DNA from: Octopus vulgaris
Lineage: Eukaryota
Reading direction: 5' to 3'
Assembly: GCA_951406725.2 (NCBI GenBank)
Contig: OX597836.1
Location: 31,434,001 to 31,498,000, forward strand
DNA: 64,000 bases
In this document: piece by piece, positions 25,357-39,121 of the stretch
Position numbering within the stretch: the first letter of the stretch is position 1
Layout of the letters: each line of letters begins with the position of its first letter
Notes under the pieces: model-generated
Databases searched by the model: none
Told to the model about the DNA's origin: nothing
Seen by the model: only the letters and a program-made list of their open reading frames with translations
Position numbers and translations under genes: made by a program

Positions 25357-25820
25357 GGTGCAGGTGTGGCTGGGTGTTAAGAAGCTTGCTTCCCAATCAC
25401 GATTCCAGGTTCAGTCCCACTGTGTGGCACCTTGGGCAAGTGTCTTCTACTATAGCCTTGGGCTGACCAAAGCCTTGTGAGTGGATTTGGTAGATGGAAA
25501 CTGAAAGAAGCCTGTTGTATATATATATATATATATATATATCTATCTGTGTGTGTGTATGGGGGGGTGATGTATGTATGTATGTATGTATGTATGTATG
25601 TATGTATGTATGTATATGCTTGCATATCTGTGTTTGTCGCCCAACATTGCTTGACAAGTGATGTTGGTGTATTTACATCCCCATAACTTAGCGGTTCGGC
25701 AAAAGAGACCAATAGAATAAGTACTAGGCTTACAAAGAATAAGTCCTGGGGTGGATTTCTTCGACTAAAGGCAGTGCTCCAGCATGACTATTGTCAAATG
25801 ACTGAAACAAATAAAAGAAT
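25357..25820 (+). mobile_element. SINE family A
   Basis: Head, CORE-like box and tail are all present. Confidence 0.8.
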
Positions 25821-26191
25821 AAAACAAAAAATAAATAAAAGAATTTCTAAAGATGAGGTTAATAATATTAAAAAACAAAAATCAAACAAAAATCTTAAGG
25901 TAGGATGGTTTGACTTATCTTATTGGCAATGTGGTATCAATGTGGCTCTTACAATTTAATCCAGATGTTCACATGGATTTAGGAGATAATCAAATATTTA
26001 ATAAGGTGGGGATTAGGATATATAAAAGAGAGACTCAGTTGTTGTTGTTTAGCTTTAGTTTAGCCCCAATTGAGCAAATTCATGATCAAAGATGTTCCAG
26101 CCATGACCATCCCATCTTCCATTTCAGATATAGTGTATTTAGGACTACATTATCCAATCTAGACACTATTTTTTAATGATATTTGTGTAAT

Positions 26192-27132
26192 CAGCACTGG
26201 ATTAACCATTAAGCAAATTAAACATGTGCTTACGGCATCAAAGGAAATGGAGTGGGGCACCACAGAAATGGTAAATGTTTTATGGCACAAAAGAATGCAT
26301 TTGAGGATACGATAATATTCAAAGTGGTTTATATGATCAGAAATATACTTTCAGAGTGTTAATGGTATCATAGTGACGATCTGATCAAAGACTTTGTAAT
26401 TAAAAAAAGTAGGAGAAAACTTTTTAAATATATGTAAAGTGGAAGTAGATAAAGATAAACATTATTTTCCCTCTTACTGTTTTATTTTGTTTCATTTTGA
26501 GAAATTAAAATTTATGTTACGATTTATTGTTCTCCCTCTTATCCATCATTGATCTCCAGGCAATTCACAAAACTAACTAACACCCAGTGATTGATTAACC
26601 ATTAGGCAAAATAAGCACAGGGCTTGGGCATCGAGAGAAGGGGGACATCACAGAATTGGTAAATGGTTTACAGCACAAAAGAAATCACTTTAAACTTGCT
26701 AAAATAAAATTTGCAATACTTTATATGATCCAAAATATAAATTAAAAGAGAATTCATAGTGTCATAGTGAAGATCTAGTCAATGATTTTGCAATTAAAAA
26801 AAAGTAGGAGAAAACTTTTCAAATATAAATGAAGTGGAAATATACAAAAATAAACATTATTTCCTATCTCCTGGTTAGTTTAGTTTCATTTTGGGAAAAA
26901 GAAATTTATTTCATGGTTTATTTTGAATTACATATAAATGGCATTAGGAAGAGCATCCAGGTGTAGAAACCATGCCCAAACAGATAGGGAGCCTGAACAT
27001 CCCTTCAGCTGGTCAGTCCTGTCAAACTGTCCCACCCATACTAGAAAGGAAAACGGGTGTTAAATGATGATGATAATGATGGGATCAAAATCTTTTAAAT
27101 GTGTAGGGTCTCTATAGGTCTTAATCTGACCC
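26192..27132 (+). mobile_element. hAT non-autonomous element with tandem duplication and transposase C-terminal remnant
   Basis: Two copies starting near 26192 and 26584 (CAG..GATTAACCATTA.GCAAA). Each encodes a DDLIKDFVIKKSRRK / EDLVNDFAIKK-like hAT C-terminus. Right end is TTAATCTGACCCT. Confidence 0.55.
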
Positions 27133-28046
27133 TAAGTGTATTTCGAGGGAAATTTGGCTGTTGTATCATCATCATCATCGTTTAACGTCCATTTTCCATG
27201 CTAGCATGGGTTGGACAGTTTGACCGGGGTCTGGAAAACCACGAAGCTGCACCAGACTCCAGTCTGATCTGGTAGCGTTTCTACAGCTGGATGCTCTTCC
27301 TAACGCCAACTACTCCGTGAGTGTAGTGGGTGCTTTTTACGTGCCACCAGCACAGGGGCCAGGGGAGGCTGGCAACAACCTCGATCGGTTGGTGCTTTTT
27401 ACATGCTGCCGGCACAGGAGGTTAAACAATAATCCTTTTGTACTAAAGGCACAAGGCCTGAAATTTGTTGGGTAGGGGACTAGTCGATTACATCGACCCC
27501 AGTGTTTCACTGGTACTTAATTTATTGAACCCGAAAGGATGAAAGGCAAAGTCGACCTTGGTGGAATTTGAACTCACAACTTAAAGAAAATTCTGAATTC
27601 TTCTGTATTAGGCTCAAGCATGGCTGTATGGTTAAGAAGCTCTCTTTGCAACCATGTGATTTCAGGTTCAATCCCACTGCATGGCACCTTGAGCAAGTGT
27701 CTTCTACTATAGCACCTGGCTGACCAGTGACTTATGAGTGAATTTGATAGACAGAAACTGCGAGAAAGCTTGTGATGTATGTGTGTGTGTGTCTGTGTGT
27801 TTGTGTTGTGTTGGTTTGTTTATGTCCCTATAACTTAGCAGTTTGGCAAAAGCAGTCAATAAAATGAGTACCAAGCTTTTAAAAAGAAAAGTACTGGGGT
27901 TGTTTTGTTCGACTACAACCCTTCAAAGCAGTACTCCAGCATGACCACAGTCTGTTGACTGAAACGAAGAAGAAAAATTATTTAGATTTGGTTCTAACAC
28001 CCAGGTCAGTTCTAATTAAACAGATTCATGATCAAATATATTCAGC

Positions 28047-28850
28047 TAGGATCATCCGATATTTTCTTTCTGGCATAATAAATATATCTGGGACTAATTT
28101 ATCCTTTTAAAGGTTTAATTTAAGGCAGATTTAGCTGCTATTTCTAATGACCTGAGTGACCATATACAGGCTCTTTTGTCAGTTTTAACTTGACATAATA
28201 TATCTAAAACCAATTTATCCAATGTGTTATCCTTTTAAAGGTTTAATTTGAGACAGATTTAACTGCTATTTCTATCAGGTTGAGTGACTACATAAAGGCT
28301 CTTGTTAGCATAATATATCTATGTCAAGTTAAAACTGACAAAAGAGCCTGTATATGGTCACTCAGGTCATTAGAAATAGCAGCTAAATCTACCTTAAATT
28401 AAACCTTTAAAAGGACAATACACTGGATAAATTAGTCCTAGATATATTTATTATGCCAGAAAGAAAATATAGGATGATCCTATATATATATATCTAGGAC
28501 AAATTTATTGAATGTGTTATCTTTTTAAAGGTTTAATCTGAGGCAAATTTTGCTGGTATTTCTAACAGGCTGAGTAACCAGCTCTTTCATTAATTTCAAC
28601 ATGTTGGCATACTATATCTAGGACAAATTTATCCATTGTGTTACTTTTTAAAGGTTTAATCTGAGGCAGATTTAGCTGGTATTTCTAACAGGTTGAGTAA
28701 CCACATAAAGGCTCTTACCTTAATTTCAACATGTTGGCATACTATATCTAGAACTAATGTATCCAATGTGTTACTTTTTAAAGGTCTAATCTAAGGTAGA
28801 TTATGCTGCTATTTCTAACAGGCTGAGTGACCACATGGAGGCTCTTGCTA
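28047..28850. repeat. Tandem array of about 125-bp units containing one inverted unit (28321-28482)
   Basis: Unit GCATAATATATCTAGGAC..TTTATCCAATGTGTTATCCTTTTAAAGGTTTAAT...GCTATTTCTAACAGG repeats about five times. 28321-28482 is the reverse complement of 28047-28197. Confidence 0.85.
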
Positions 28851-29529
28851 ATCTCGTGCTGTTTGCTTTATGCATATAGTAACATTTATAGGTAATATAC
28901 TTCGGGTTAGTTGTATTGACTTGCATTGTTCTGTTGGTTGGTTTTCACAGTGATTCAATGCTATTGAGAGAACTGCAGCTGGTGAGGTTAGTAAGAGTGG
29001 TGGTGGTGGCAGCATTAGTGGCACTGGTAGTGCTGGTGGTGGTGGCGGTGGTAGTGGTGCTGGTGGTGGCGGCGGCGGTGGTGGTAGAGATCTACAGAGC
29101 GGTCATCTTAGTAAGGTGGTAGCAGAGGTTTTACTGACTGGCCAACTCAATTGGGGATAGTGGAGAGTGATCTACATTCATACCACTGACATCATCTCTA
29201 CCATCACCACCACCACCTACAGCACTATTGACGCCACCATTTCCACTACCACAACCACAACCACAACCATTACTTCTACTACTACTACTACTACTGCCAT
29301 GACAAAAAAAAACAGGGCACTTTGGACAATGATCAATATCTAATATCATGGGATGGAAACACTGCAACAATTGTTCTCAACCATTTTTTGCCTTACAACC
29401 TTTCTGATTCCTATTTTACTCAACTGGACCCTAATAAGCATTTGATATTAAAAAAGGTCCCATTATATTTTTATATGTTTATGAAATTGTGTTGCAAGGT
29501 TCCTGATCTGAAACCATGTGTTGGAACAG

Positions 29530-29581
29530 ATATTGTTAGATTTCGGGATGGTCATTTTTTTTCTTGCCAAATAAACACATG

Positions 29582-29653
<72 letters not shown>

Positions 29654-29971
29654 TCTTCACTTGTTTATTACTGTTCTTATCTTATCTTATGTCCATTGTC
29701 CAGGAATCTTTTGTCACACATCTGTGACCTCTTCAGCGACCCTTCCTGTCCACATATATCCTCCTGCTCTGCTTTGTCCATTCTCAGACTGGACTAAGCG
29801 AGAATGGACTGAGAGGAGCAGGAGGATACATGTGGACAGAAAGGGAAGCTGAAGAGATCACAAACTCTGGACAATGGACATAAGATAAATTAAGAACATT
29901 AATAAACAAATATAAAGTGCATATGTTTATTTGTTGAAAAAAAAAATGATCATCCTGAAATATAACAATAT
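29530..29971. repeat. Large fold-back inverted repeat (Penelope-like terminal inversion) with hammerhead remnant
   Basis: Arms 29530-29785 and 29800-29971. Minus strand 29700-29740 reads CTGAAGA-G-GTCACA(GATG)TGTGAC-AAAA. Confidence 0.75.
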
Positions 29972-30097
29972 ATTTTTATAATTAAATCATCATCATCATC
30001 TATATATATATGTGTGTGTGTGAGTGTGTGTGTATATTATATAGTATTATATTATATATGTATATATATATATACATATATATATCCATTATGGCTG

Positions 30098-30180
30098 ATC
30101 TTACTAATTGATTTCACACTAGTGGTTCAACAGAATGTTAGGTAACAGTCCAGTTATGTAACCTTGTGCTCTTCAGAGAT
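30098..30180 (-). ncRNA. Type-I hammerhead motif with extended helix II (copy 1 of a two-copy family)
   Basis: ATCT-CTGAAGA-GCACAAGGTT...AACCACTAGTGT-GAA-ATCAATTAGT-A-AGAT. Confidence 0.6.
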
Positions 30181-30879
30181 GGTAATTATGGAATGAAATA
30201 TAGTGCTCTCACAGTTTCTGTCTTCTGAATTCTTTTACAAGACATTGGCCAACCTGAGGTTATATAGAAGACACTTACTCAAGGTACCACACAGTAGGAC
30301 TGAACCTGAAACCACATGAGTGCAAAGTTGAGCTTCTGAAAAAGAGAACATTTTCAACAATGCTGCTCTAGATACACTTCACCTTAACAGGTAGGATGGT
30401 TACAGCTGGAACACCTTTGATGAGAGGCTTACTGGATCAGGGCTGATCTGGGGCCAAGCAACATCATCACCACTACTACTGCTAGCATTAATCTTCTGAA
30501 GACCTTTGATCTTTTAAGCCTATTGGATCAGGGCTGATCTAGGACTAAACAATACTTAATCTTTGTCATGATTCCTAAACATCCTTCTCTACTCAATAAC
30601 ACAGATTCAGTATCTTTTGTCTTTCAGTCATTTGACTGTGGCCATGCTAGGGTTTTAGTAAAACAAATCGACCCTAGTACTTCTCGCGCCAAACTACCAA
30701 GTTACATGGTTGTAAACAAACCAACATCGGTTGACAATTGGCGACGGGGAACAAACAAAAAGACATGCACCCACATCTTTTGCTTTTATCATTCTTTTTA
30801 CTTGTTTCAGTCTTCAGGCTACGGTCATGCTGGGGCACCACTTTGCAAAGTTTATCATCATCATCATCATCATACTCTC

Positions 30880-31272
30880 TTTACTCTTTTACTTGTTTCA
30901 GTCATGTGACTGTGGCCATGCTGGAGCACCGCCTTTAGTCGAGCAAATCGACCCCAGGACTTATTCTTTGTAAGCCTAGCACTTATTCTATCGGTCACTT
31001 TTGCCGAACCGCTAAGTTACGGGGACGTAAGCACACCGGCATCGGTTGTCAATCAATGTTGGGGGTACAAACACAGACACACAAGCATATACACACACAT
31101 ACATATATATACATATATATGATGGGCTTCTTTCAGATTTCGTCTACCAAATCCACTCACAAGGCTTTGGTTGGCCTGAGGCTATAGTAGAAGACACTTA
31201 CCCAAGGTGCCATGTAGTGGGACTGAACCCGGAACCATGTGGTTAGTAAGGAAGCTACTTACCACACAGCCA
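30880..31272 (-). mobile_element. SINE family A
   Basis: Matches the family consensus seen in the other copies. Confidence 0.8.
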
Positions 31273-33501
31273 CATTGTCCATGCTGGCATGGGTTGAACA
31301 GTTTGAGCAGGCTGGCATGCTGGAAGGCTGTGCCAGACGCCAGTATGATTTGGCATGGTTGTCTACAGATGGATGCCCTTCCTAATGCCAACCACCCTGA
31401 GAGTGTAATGGTTGCTTTTACATGCCATTGGCACGGGTGCCATTTGCATGACATGGGGGTGTTTTTACGTGCCACTGGTATCTGCCACAACTGCAATTTT
31501 GTTCAGCTTGAGGGGTCTTCTTCTTAAGCACAACATAATACCCAAGATCTCAGTAATTGCTTCCTTGAGGACTAACGCTCAAAAAGAACTCAACCTCTTT
31601 TCCTCCATGAGGCCCTTGCCCAAGTACTTATTTTGAACCCTGGTACTTATTCTATCAGTCTCTTTATGCCAAACCACTCAGTTACAGGGATGTAAACAAA
31701 CCAGCATGTGTTGTCAAGCAGTGGTGAGAGATTTACAATTACAATGCTTTGGCCGGCCCCGAAGCTATAGTATCAACATTTACCCAAAGTGCCACACAGT
31801 GGGACTGAACTCAGAACCATGTGGTGGGGAAGCAGACTTCTTACCACACAGCCACACCTGCCCTTACCCTAATCAAATTATTTACATAATTCATTGTTGC
31901 TGTTGTTAATGTTGTTGTTAAAACAATCTCAAATATTAAGGAGCTTTTCTTCAACTTAGGTTTTTTTTTTTGTTTTTATGAAATATAATTATCAGTTTGG
32001 CTAAGACAGTAATTTTCCACACTATACCCCCCCCCCCAACTACACACTTGTTACTAACTGCTACCTCCTCTCTGTTTTATTAACTACCACTCATTCACTT
32101 GTTCCACTCCTTCTACCCCTCTTTCTCACCTTATTACCACAACATAAAGCACCCCCCTACACACTTTACAGTTAGTCATTAACTTCCTACACCCCTCTTC
32201 ATCATCAGTTTCTTCTTCTTTGCCTTTATTACCACATAAATAAAGCAGCTCCCTCCTTAAGGCTATTTTTAGGTCTATCCCTCCCCTCCCCCCCTCCCGC
32301 CATTTTTTTTTTTTTCAGCTCCCTATCTCCTATGCAGCTCTTTTATCCTAAATCCCTTCTTATTCCCTTATTTTATTTACAGCCTGTTCAAAAGTGGTCA
32401 GATGGTCACATGTAAGTCATGGATAATAGTTTTATCTCCAGGCTATAAACGTACTGAAAACACCTTCTAACACCACCACCACCACCACCACCACCATCAT
32501 CATCACTACTTCCAATATTATTTTCTATCACTACTCTCTTGCTCTCATCATCACTACTGCCACCACTAATTTTACCTCCAATACCACCACCACCACCACC
32601 ACCAACACTACTGCACTATGCTGTCTTTCTTGTTTTTAGTATAAAGTGCAGATCACCTTATAAACCCTTATTTGAGGTTTTAGTGTATAAATAAATGACT
32701 ATGTCACAACATTGCCTGTAAATGTTAACTGAGTCCTTTATCTGTAACTATCTTTTATCTTTTGCTTGTTTTAGTCATTGGATTGCAGCCATCCTGGGGC
32801 ACCATCTTGAAGTGTCTAATCAAACACATTGAATCCCTTGCTTAATTTCTAAAGCCTGGTAAATTTATTCTATCAGTTTCTTTTGCTGAACTAGTAAGTT
32901 ATGGGGATGAAAACAAACCAACACCAGTTATCAAGGCAATGAGCTGGCAGAAACGTTAGCACGCCAGGCGAAATGCGTAGCTGTATTTCGTCTGCCATTA
33001 CGTTCTGAGTTCAAATTTCGCCGAGGTCGACTTTGCCTTTCATCCTTTCGGGGTCGATAAATTAAGTACCAGTTACACACTGGGGTCGATGTAATCGACT
33101 TAATCCTTTTGTCTGTCCTTGTTTGTCCCCTCTGTGTTTAGCCCCTTGTGGGTAGTAAAGAAATAAGTAGTGGTGGTGGTGGGTACTAACACAAACACAA
33201 AGACACACACACACATGCACACACATACACGCACACATATATATATACAAAATGGTCTTATTTATGTTTCCGTCCACCAGATCCACTCACAAGACTTTGG
33301 TGACTCCGGATTGTAGTAGAAGACACTTGCCTAAAGTACCACACAGTGGGACTGAACAAGACCTCGTGGTTAGGAAGCATGTGTTTCAACCACACAGCCA
33401 CACCTATGCCTTTTTATTTTCCAACAATAACAAGCATCTGTGTTATAGAAATAGCATTAAGCTTTCCCTCCAATTTCAACCTACTGTCTTAGGAAACGAC
33501 A

Positions 33502-33960
33502 CATTGCATTATGTTGATTAAGATCATTGGTCCTCAACCGGAGTCCATATGGTCCCTTAGGGTCCATATAAGATTTTAGGAGTTCCACTCAAGAAAATAG
33601 TGAATTGGCAATCCACATTGCATTATGTTGATTAAGATCATTGGTCCTCAACCGGAGTCCATATGGTCCCTTAGGGTCCATATAAGATTTTAGGGGTTCC
33701 ACTCAAGAAAATAGTGAATTGGCAATCCACATTGCATTATGTTGATTAAGATCATTGGTTTTCAAATGGCGTCCATATGGTCCCTTAGGGTCCATATAAG
33801 ATTTTAGGGGATCCACTCAAGAAAATAGTGAATTGGCAATCCACATTGCATTATGTTGATTAAGATCATTGGTTCTCAAATGGCGTCCATATGGTCCCTT
33901 AGGGTCCATATAAGATTTTAGGGGATCCACCCAAGAAAATAGTGTATTGGCAATCCACAA
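33502..33960 (+). repeat. Four tandem copies of an about 114-bp unit (flank plus left end of a hAT MITE that extends to 34522)
   Basis: Unit CATTGCATTATGTTGATTAAGATCATTGGT..TCAA...GGCAATCCA starts at about 33502, 33616, 33730 and 33843. Confidence 0.9.
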
Positions 33961-34580
33961 TAGTATTTTAAGGACCCCTGAAAATATTTTGCTTCAGATG
34001 TATGTATTGGTATGTATTGCAAGAAACAGCTGGGTTTCTTTCTCTAACACTTTTCATAGTTGAACCCACGCAGGTTAATGTGTGAAAAACAAAATGGGAA
34101 TTTTGAAAGAAGAATCTATAAGATGGGTTTTTAAACATCAAATGTTCATGGGGGTTCACCAGAATAAAATGGTATTTTAAAGGGGTCCATAGATAATTAA
34201 AAAATGGTTGAGAACTGCGTTTTACATAGTTCAGCCTACACAAGTTAATGAGTGAATAACAAAATAGGAATTTTGAAAGGAGTTTTTAAACATTGAATGG
34301 TGGGGTCCACCAGAATAAAATAGTAATTAAAGGGGGTCCATAGATAGAAAAATAGTTGAGAACCCTGTTTTACATCGTTCAATCTACACATGTCAATGTG
34401 TGAAAAACAAAATAGGAATTTCAAAAGGAGTTTTTAAAATATTGAATGGCTATGGGGAGTCTACCAGAATAAAATAGTAATTAAAGGGGGTCCATAGATA
34501 GAAAAATAGTTGAGAACCCCTGATCTAGATACTCAGTGATTGAGTGAAGGGCAGAGAGGTCATAGCTGAGCCCAACTGGG

Positions 34581-34733
34581 CACTAGTGTAGGTAGCTGTT
34601 CGGGGCGGGCCTGCAGTTTGCCATCCCTGAGACCCCACAAAAATGCATATTGCCTATATTAGACCCGAAAGTGGTACCACCCGGGGCAGACAGTCTCCTC
34701 TGCACTGCTACCCCACCTCTAGCTACACTAGTG
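34581..34733. mobile_element. Short MITE-like element
   Basis: Terminal inverted repeats CACTAGTGTAG / CTACACTAGTG with a GC-rich interior. Confidence 0.45.
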
Positions 34734-36481
34734 GAGCTGGTTCTAAACAACTACAGTACAAAAATAGTGTGTGTGTGTGTATGTGTATTTATGTATGCGT
34801 ATGTCTTTGTTCGTCTCTCCACTTCTTGAAAACTGGTGTTGGCTTGGTTATATCCCTATAACTTAGCATAAGGAATGGATAGAATAAGTACCAGATGTTA
34901 AAAAAAAAAAGGTACTAGGAAAGATTTGCTCAGTTAAACACTTCAAGGTGGTGCTCCTGCATGGCCACAGTCCAACGACTGAATCGAATAAAAGAGTATA
35001 GTTACATTTCTATAAAACCTAGACTACATTAACAACCATGTCAAGGATATATTTACCCAACCATTTCCTCCATTAGGCATGTCTCTCGTCTATTCAAAGA
35101 TGACTTGAATTCCACCTCCCTTTCTCAACAAGTTTTCCTACTTTTATCTGCAGTGATCAAAGTTCAAAATTTTTTATTAGCATTTTTAACATTATTCTTT
35201 ACTATAAGGAGCTTTTATTATAAAACCTGTTTTTCTTTTTTTTTTTATTTCTGTGGATAATTTATTTCTTCCACCCATCCTGGAATGTATTTACAACACT
35301 AAAGGTAGTATCTTAAATAAGTGAATATAAAAAAAATAAACTTGGCATAATTTGGTCCTCTGTTCAAGGATGGTCATGGACGGAATAGCTTTGTTCATAG
35401 GTCTGGGGCTAAACAACAACAGTTAGGCCAGTTGTTCTCAACTGGGGTCCACATGACCCTTGGGTGGGGTCCATATAAAATTTAATTGTTAAAAATTATG
35501 TGCAATAAACCAGGTGTGGCTGTGTGGTAAGAAGCTTGCTTCCCAACCACATGGCTCCAAGTTCAGTCCCACTGCATGGTACCTTGGGCAAGTGTCTTTT
35601 TCTATGGCCTTGTGAGTGGATTTGTTAGATGTAAACTGAAAGAAGCCCATCATGTGTGTGTGTGTGTATGTGTGTGTGTGTTTCCGTTTGTCTCCCTACC
35701 ACTGCTTGACAACTGGTGTTGGTGTGTTTGAGTCCCTGTAACTTAGCAGTTCACCAAAAGAGGCCGATAGAATAAGTACCAGGCTTTAAAAAAATAAGTA
35801 CTGGAGTCGATTCATTTGACTAAAAATTCAAGGCATTGAATGCTCCAGCATGGCCACAGTCTAATGACTGAAACAAGTTCAGAAAAAAAAATCCCAGAAT
35901 ACATCTACAATACACAAAATATTTTAGAAATATTTTTTTTATACAATTCGTAATAAAATTTAATTGTAAAAATATAATGGGATTTTTATAAACAATTTAA
36001 TGGCTATGGGTGTCCAGTAGATAAAAAGCAGGTAGCAAACAGGTTCATAAACAAAAAGTGATTGTAAACCATTGACTGGACCAGCTTCCATTTGCTAGTA
36101 TGGGTCACAATTGTATGTGGTGAGCATAGCATTCTTGTCACCATATCCTGTTCATGTATGTAGAACAACCATCCATTGGCTGGTATATGTCACATGTGAA
36201 TGCAGTGGCTCCAGTTCAAGTCATTGAATCAATTAGACTACCTCAATTCAACAAGTCAGGAGACCTAAATCTAGCTTGCTTCAGTTAACCCACCTGTTGG
36301 GAAATTGTGTCAGACCTTTCTCAAGTCACCTGTAAGTTATCGTTTCATCTCTTTCTGATGAAGGGTTCCTCCCATATTTCCTCTTTCTCGTGGCAAAATA
36401 ATTTATTCCACTTTGCAAATTTTTTTTGTTCTAACCATTTATTGACATGTAGTTTTCTTACATTCTGCTGTTCAGCTAAAT

Positions 36482-36815
36482 CAGGAATTCTCAACCATTT
36501 TATATCTATGGACCCCTTTGATTGTTATTTTAATCTGGTGGACCCCCACCAAAGCCATTTGATGTTAAAAAACAAGTTTTATAGAAACTTCTTTCAAAAT
36601 TCCTATTTTGTTTTTCTCATATTATCTTGTGTAGGTTGAACTATGTAAAAATGTTAGAGAAAGAAGCCCAGCTGTTTTTTTACAGTACATACCAATGAAT
36701 ACATCTAAAACAAACTGCTTTTCAAGAGCCCTTAAAATACTGTTTTGTTGCATGAACCCCCCAAAACCTTATATAAACCCTTAGGGGCCATATGGACCCC
36801 AGTTGAGAACCACTG
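36482..36815. mobile_element. hAT MITE
   Basis: TIRs CAGGAATTCTCAAC / GTTGAGAACCACTG; 8-bp TSD AGCTAAAT on both sides. Confidence 0.85.
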
Positions 36816-38144
36816 AGCTAAATCATCTGTGAAGGGCTTGCATCTTAGGATTATAACTGGAGCTAAAACTCTCACCTTTTAGACTATTGTAGCTTGGAAA
36901 AGGGTTAACCTTGTGTATCTTTTACTTGTTTCTGTCATTTGATTGCAACCATGCTGGGACACCACCTTGAGGGGTTTAGTCGAAGAAATTTACCCCAGTT
37001 TGTTCCCCAACCAACACGTGACAATCAGTGCTGGTTTGTTTATGTCCCCGCAACATACATAGTGTTTTTGCAAAGGAGACTGATAAAATAAGTGCCAAAC
37101 TTCGAAAAATTAGTACTGGGGTAGCTTCATTTGGCTAAAACCCCTTCAAGTCAGTGCCCCAGAATGGCTGCAGTCCAGTGATTGAAACAGGTAAAAGATT
37201 AGAGAGAGTGCTGTCAAGGCATGCCAATGTTATTAAGCAGTTTACTTTCAAACCACGTAGTTTCATGCTTGTCCCTACCGTGCAGCACCTCTGTATCACT
37301 GAACCAACCAAACCCTTGTGAATGGATTTGGTCAACAGAAACAAAGAAAACTATCACATGTGTGTATCTGTGTTTTTGTTTACATCTCACTTGCTTCTGC
37401 AAAAGTTACAACATACATATAGTTATAAACAAGCTTGTGCATTTTCTGCTATGATTTGATAAGCAGTGCTAAGTTTTCTTCTTCTTCTTGTGCCCTTTTT
37501 AAAGCCTAGCTAGGCTCATGGGCCTGGTTTCTATGGTGTATGTGTTCCCCAGCTGGACGGGATGCCAGTCCATTGCAGCGCTACTCATTTTTGCCAGCTG
37601 AGTAGACTAGAGCAATGTGAAATGAAGTGTTTTGCTCAAGAACACAACGCATCGCCCGGTTCAGGAATCGAAACCACAATTTAATGATCATTAATAATTT
37701 AATCTTATGATCATGGTGGATACCCTAACCACTAGCTACGCGCCTCCACAGTGCTAAGTTTTACACTTCTGTAAATAATAATAATTATATTTTATAAGCT
37801 TAAAGCTTATAAGGAATCACTGTATTGGCTACAGAAAATAGTCTAATTTTGGGCCATATAAGCCCTCAACAGAAAACCTACTGTTTTTTTTTTTTGTTGA
37901 TGGCTTATACAGCCCAGTATTAGACTATTTTCTTTACTCATTGCACGGTGATTGCTTATAAGCTCTAAGATTATAAAATACATGCAGTATTATTTTCAGT
38001 TCTTCTGTCACCAAATTATCTGCTTGTTTCATGCCTTCAAAGCTACTTGAAATAAGAGATGCCTTGAACAAATACAGTTAAGGGTTAGCAAGAAGAAGGG
38101 TGCCCATCTGTGAAACAATAGCTCAGTAGCATATTCATCTAACC

Positions 38145-38626
38145 CAGTGGTTTTCAACCATCTTTTATCTATGGACCCATCTGATTCTCTTTTTACTCTG
38201 GTGGACCCTCATAGCCATTCAATGTTTAAAAAATCCTTGTATATTTTTATTATTAACCCTTTAGCATTTAAACCGGCCATATCCGGCCAAAAGTATTCTA
38301 CCTGTTTTATGTTCAAACTGGCCAGATCTGGTCTCTCACACCATCCCTACAATATCGTTTTTAAAATTAACAGCTACCTCATCAAAATGTCATAGCTATA
38401 AGATAATGCCTGATTAGTCCAAGGCAATGTGGATAAAAAAGGATTAGTTTTGGCAGAATAATACGAACACTAAAGGGTTAAATATTATTAGGAATTGTAT
38501 CTAAAATAAAAATTATTGAAATATTTTGTGTATTGTAGAAGAATAACCTGTTTATTGCAGATAAATTTTAACAACAAAATATCTTATATGGACCCCTCAA
38601 GGGTCGACCCAAGTTGAGAACCTCTG
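38145..38626. mobile_element. hAT MITE carrying a nested piggyBac MITE
   Basis: TIRs CAGTGGTTTTCAAC / GTTGAGAACCTCTG; 8-bp TSD ATCTAACC. Confidence 0.85.
38257..38477. mobile_element. piggyBac-type MITE
   Basis: TTAA|CCCTTTAG ... CTAAAGGG|TTAA. Confidence 0.8.
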
Positions 38627-39121
38627 ATCTAACCAATACAAGCATGGTAAAACATGTAAAAACAAAGATATGAAATAGTGTCCCTTGAACAGTATTGTGG
38701 CCTTTTTAAGATGGTAGAGTGCTTTTGAAGGAAATTCGGTTGATACTTCTAGCAGTATGAGCCACCATATAGAAGCCTAGTTCTCAATAACAACAACAAA
38801 CAATGAAACTGTTTGTTGTTATTGTTGGTGTCAAGGGTCATGGATCATGTTTGTTAGTGGTGGTTGTAGTAGTGGCAGTGGCAGCAGTGGTGATGTTGGT
38901 GGTGGTTAAACACAAGGTACAAAGAACTGGAACATCTATCTCTTTCTACTATCAGCACAAGGCCTGAAATTTGGAGTGGGGGGTAAGAGGTGGAGACCTA
39001 GTTGATTACACCAACCCCAGTACCCAACTGTTTTTATTTTATCAACCATGAAATGTTGAAAGGCAAAGTTGACCTTGGTGGAATTTGAACTCAGACTGTA
39101 AAGACAGACAAAAGGCCACCA

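Noticed and set aside
28916-29370. Val/Ala-rich TM-like ORF and Gly/Ser-rich ORF
   Set aside because: They derive from degenerate (GGT)n/(CCA)n simple repeats, with no splice or homology support.
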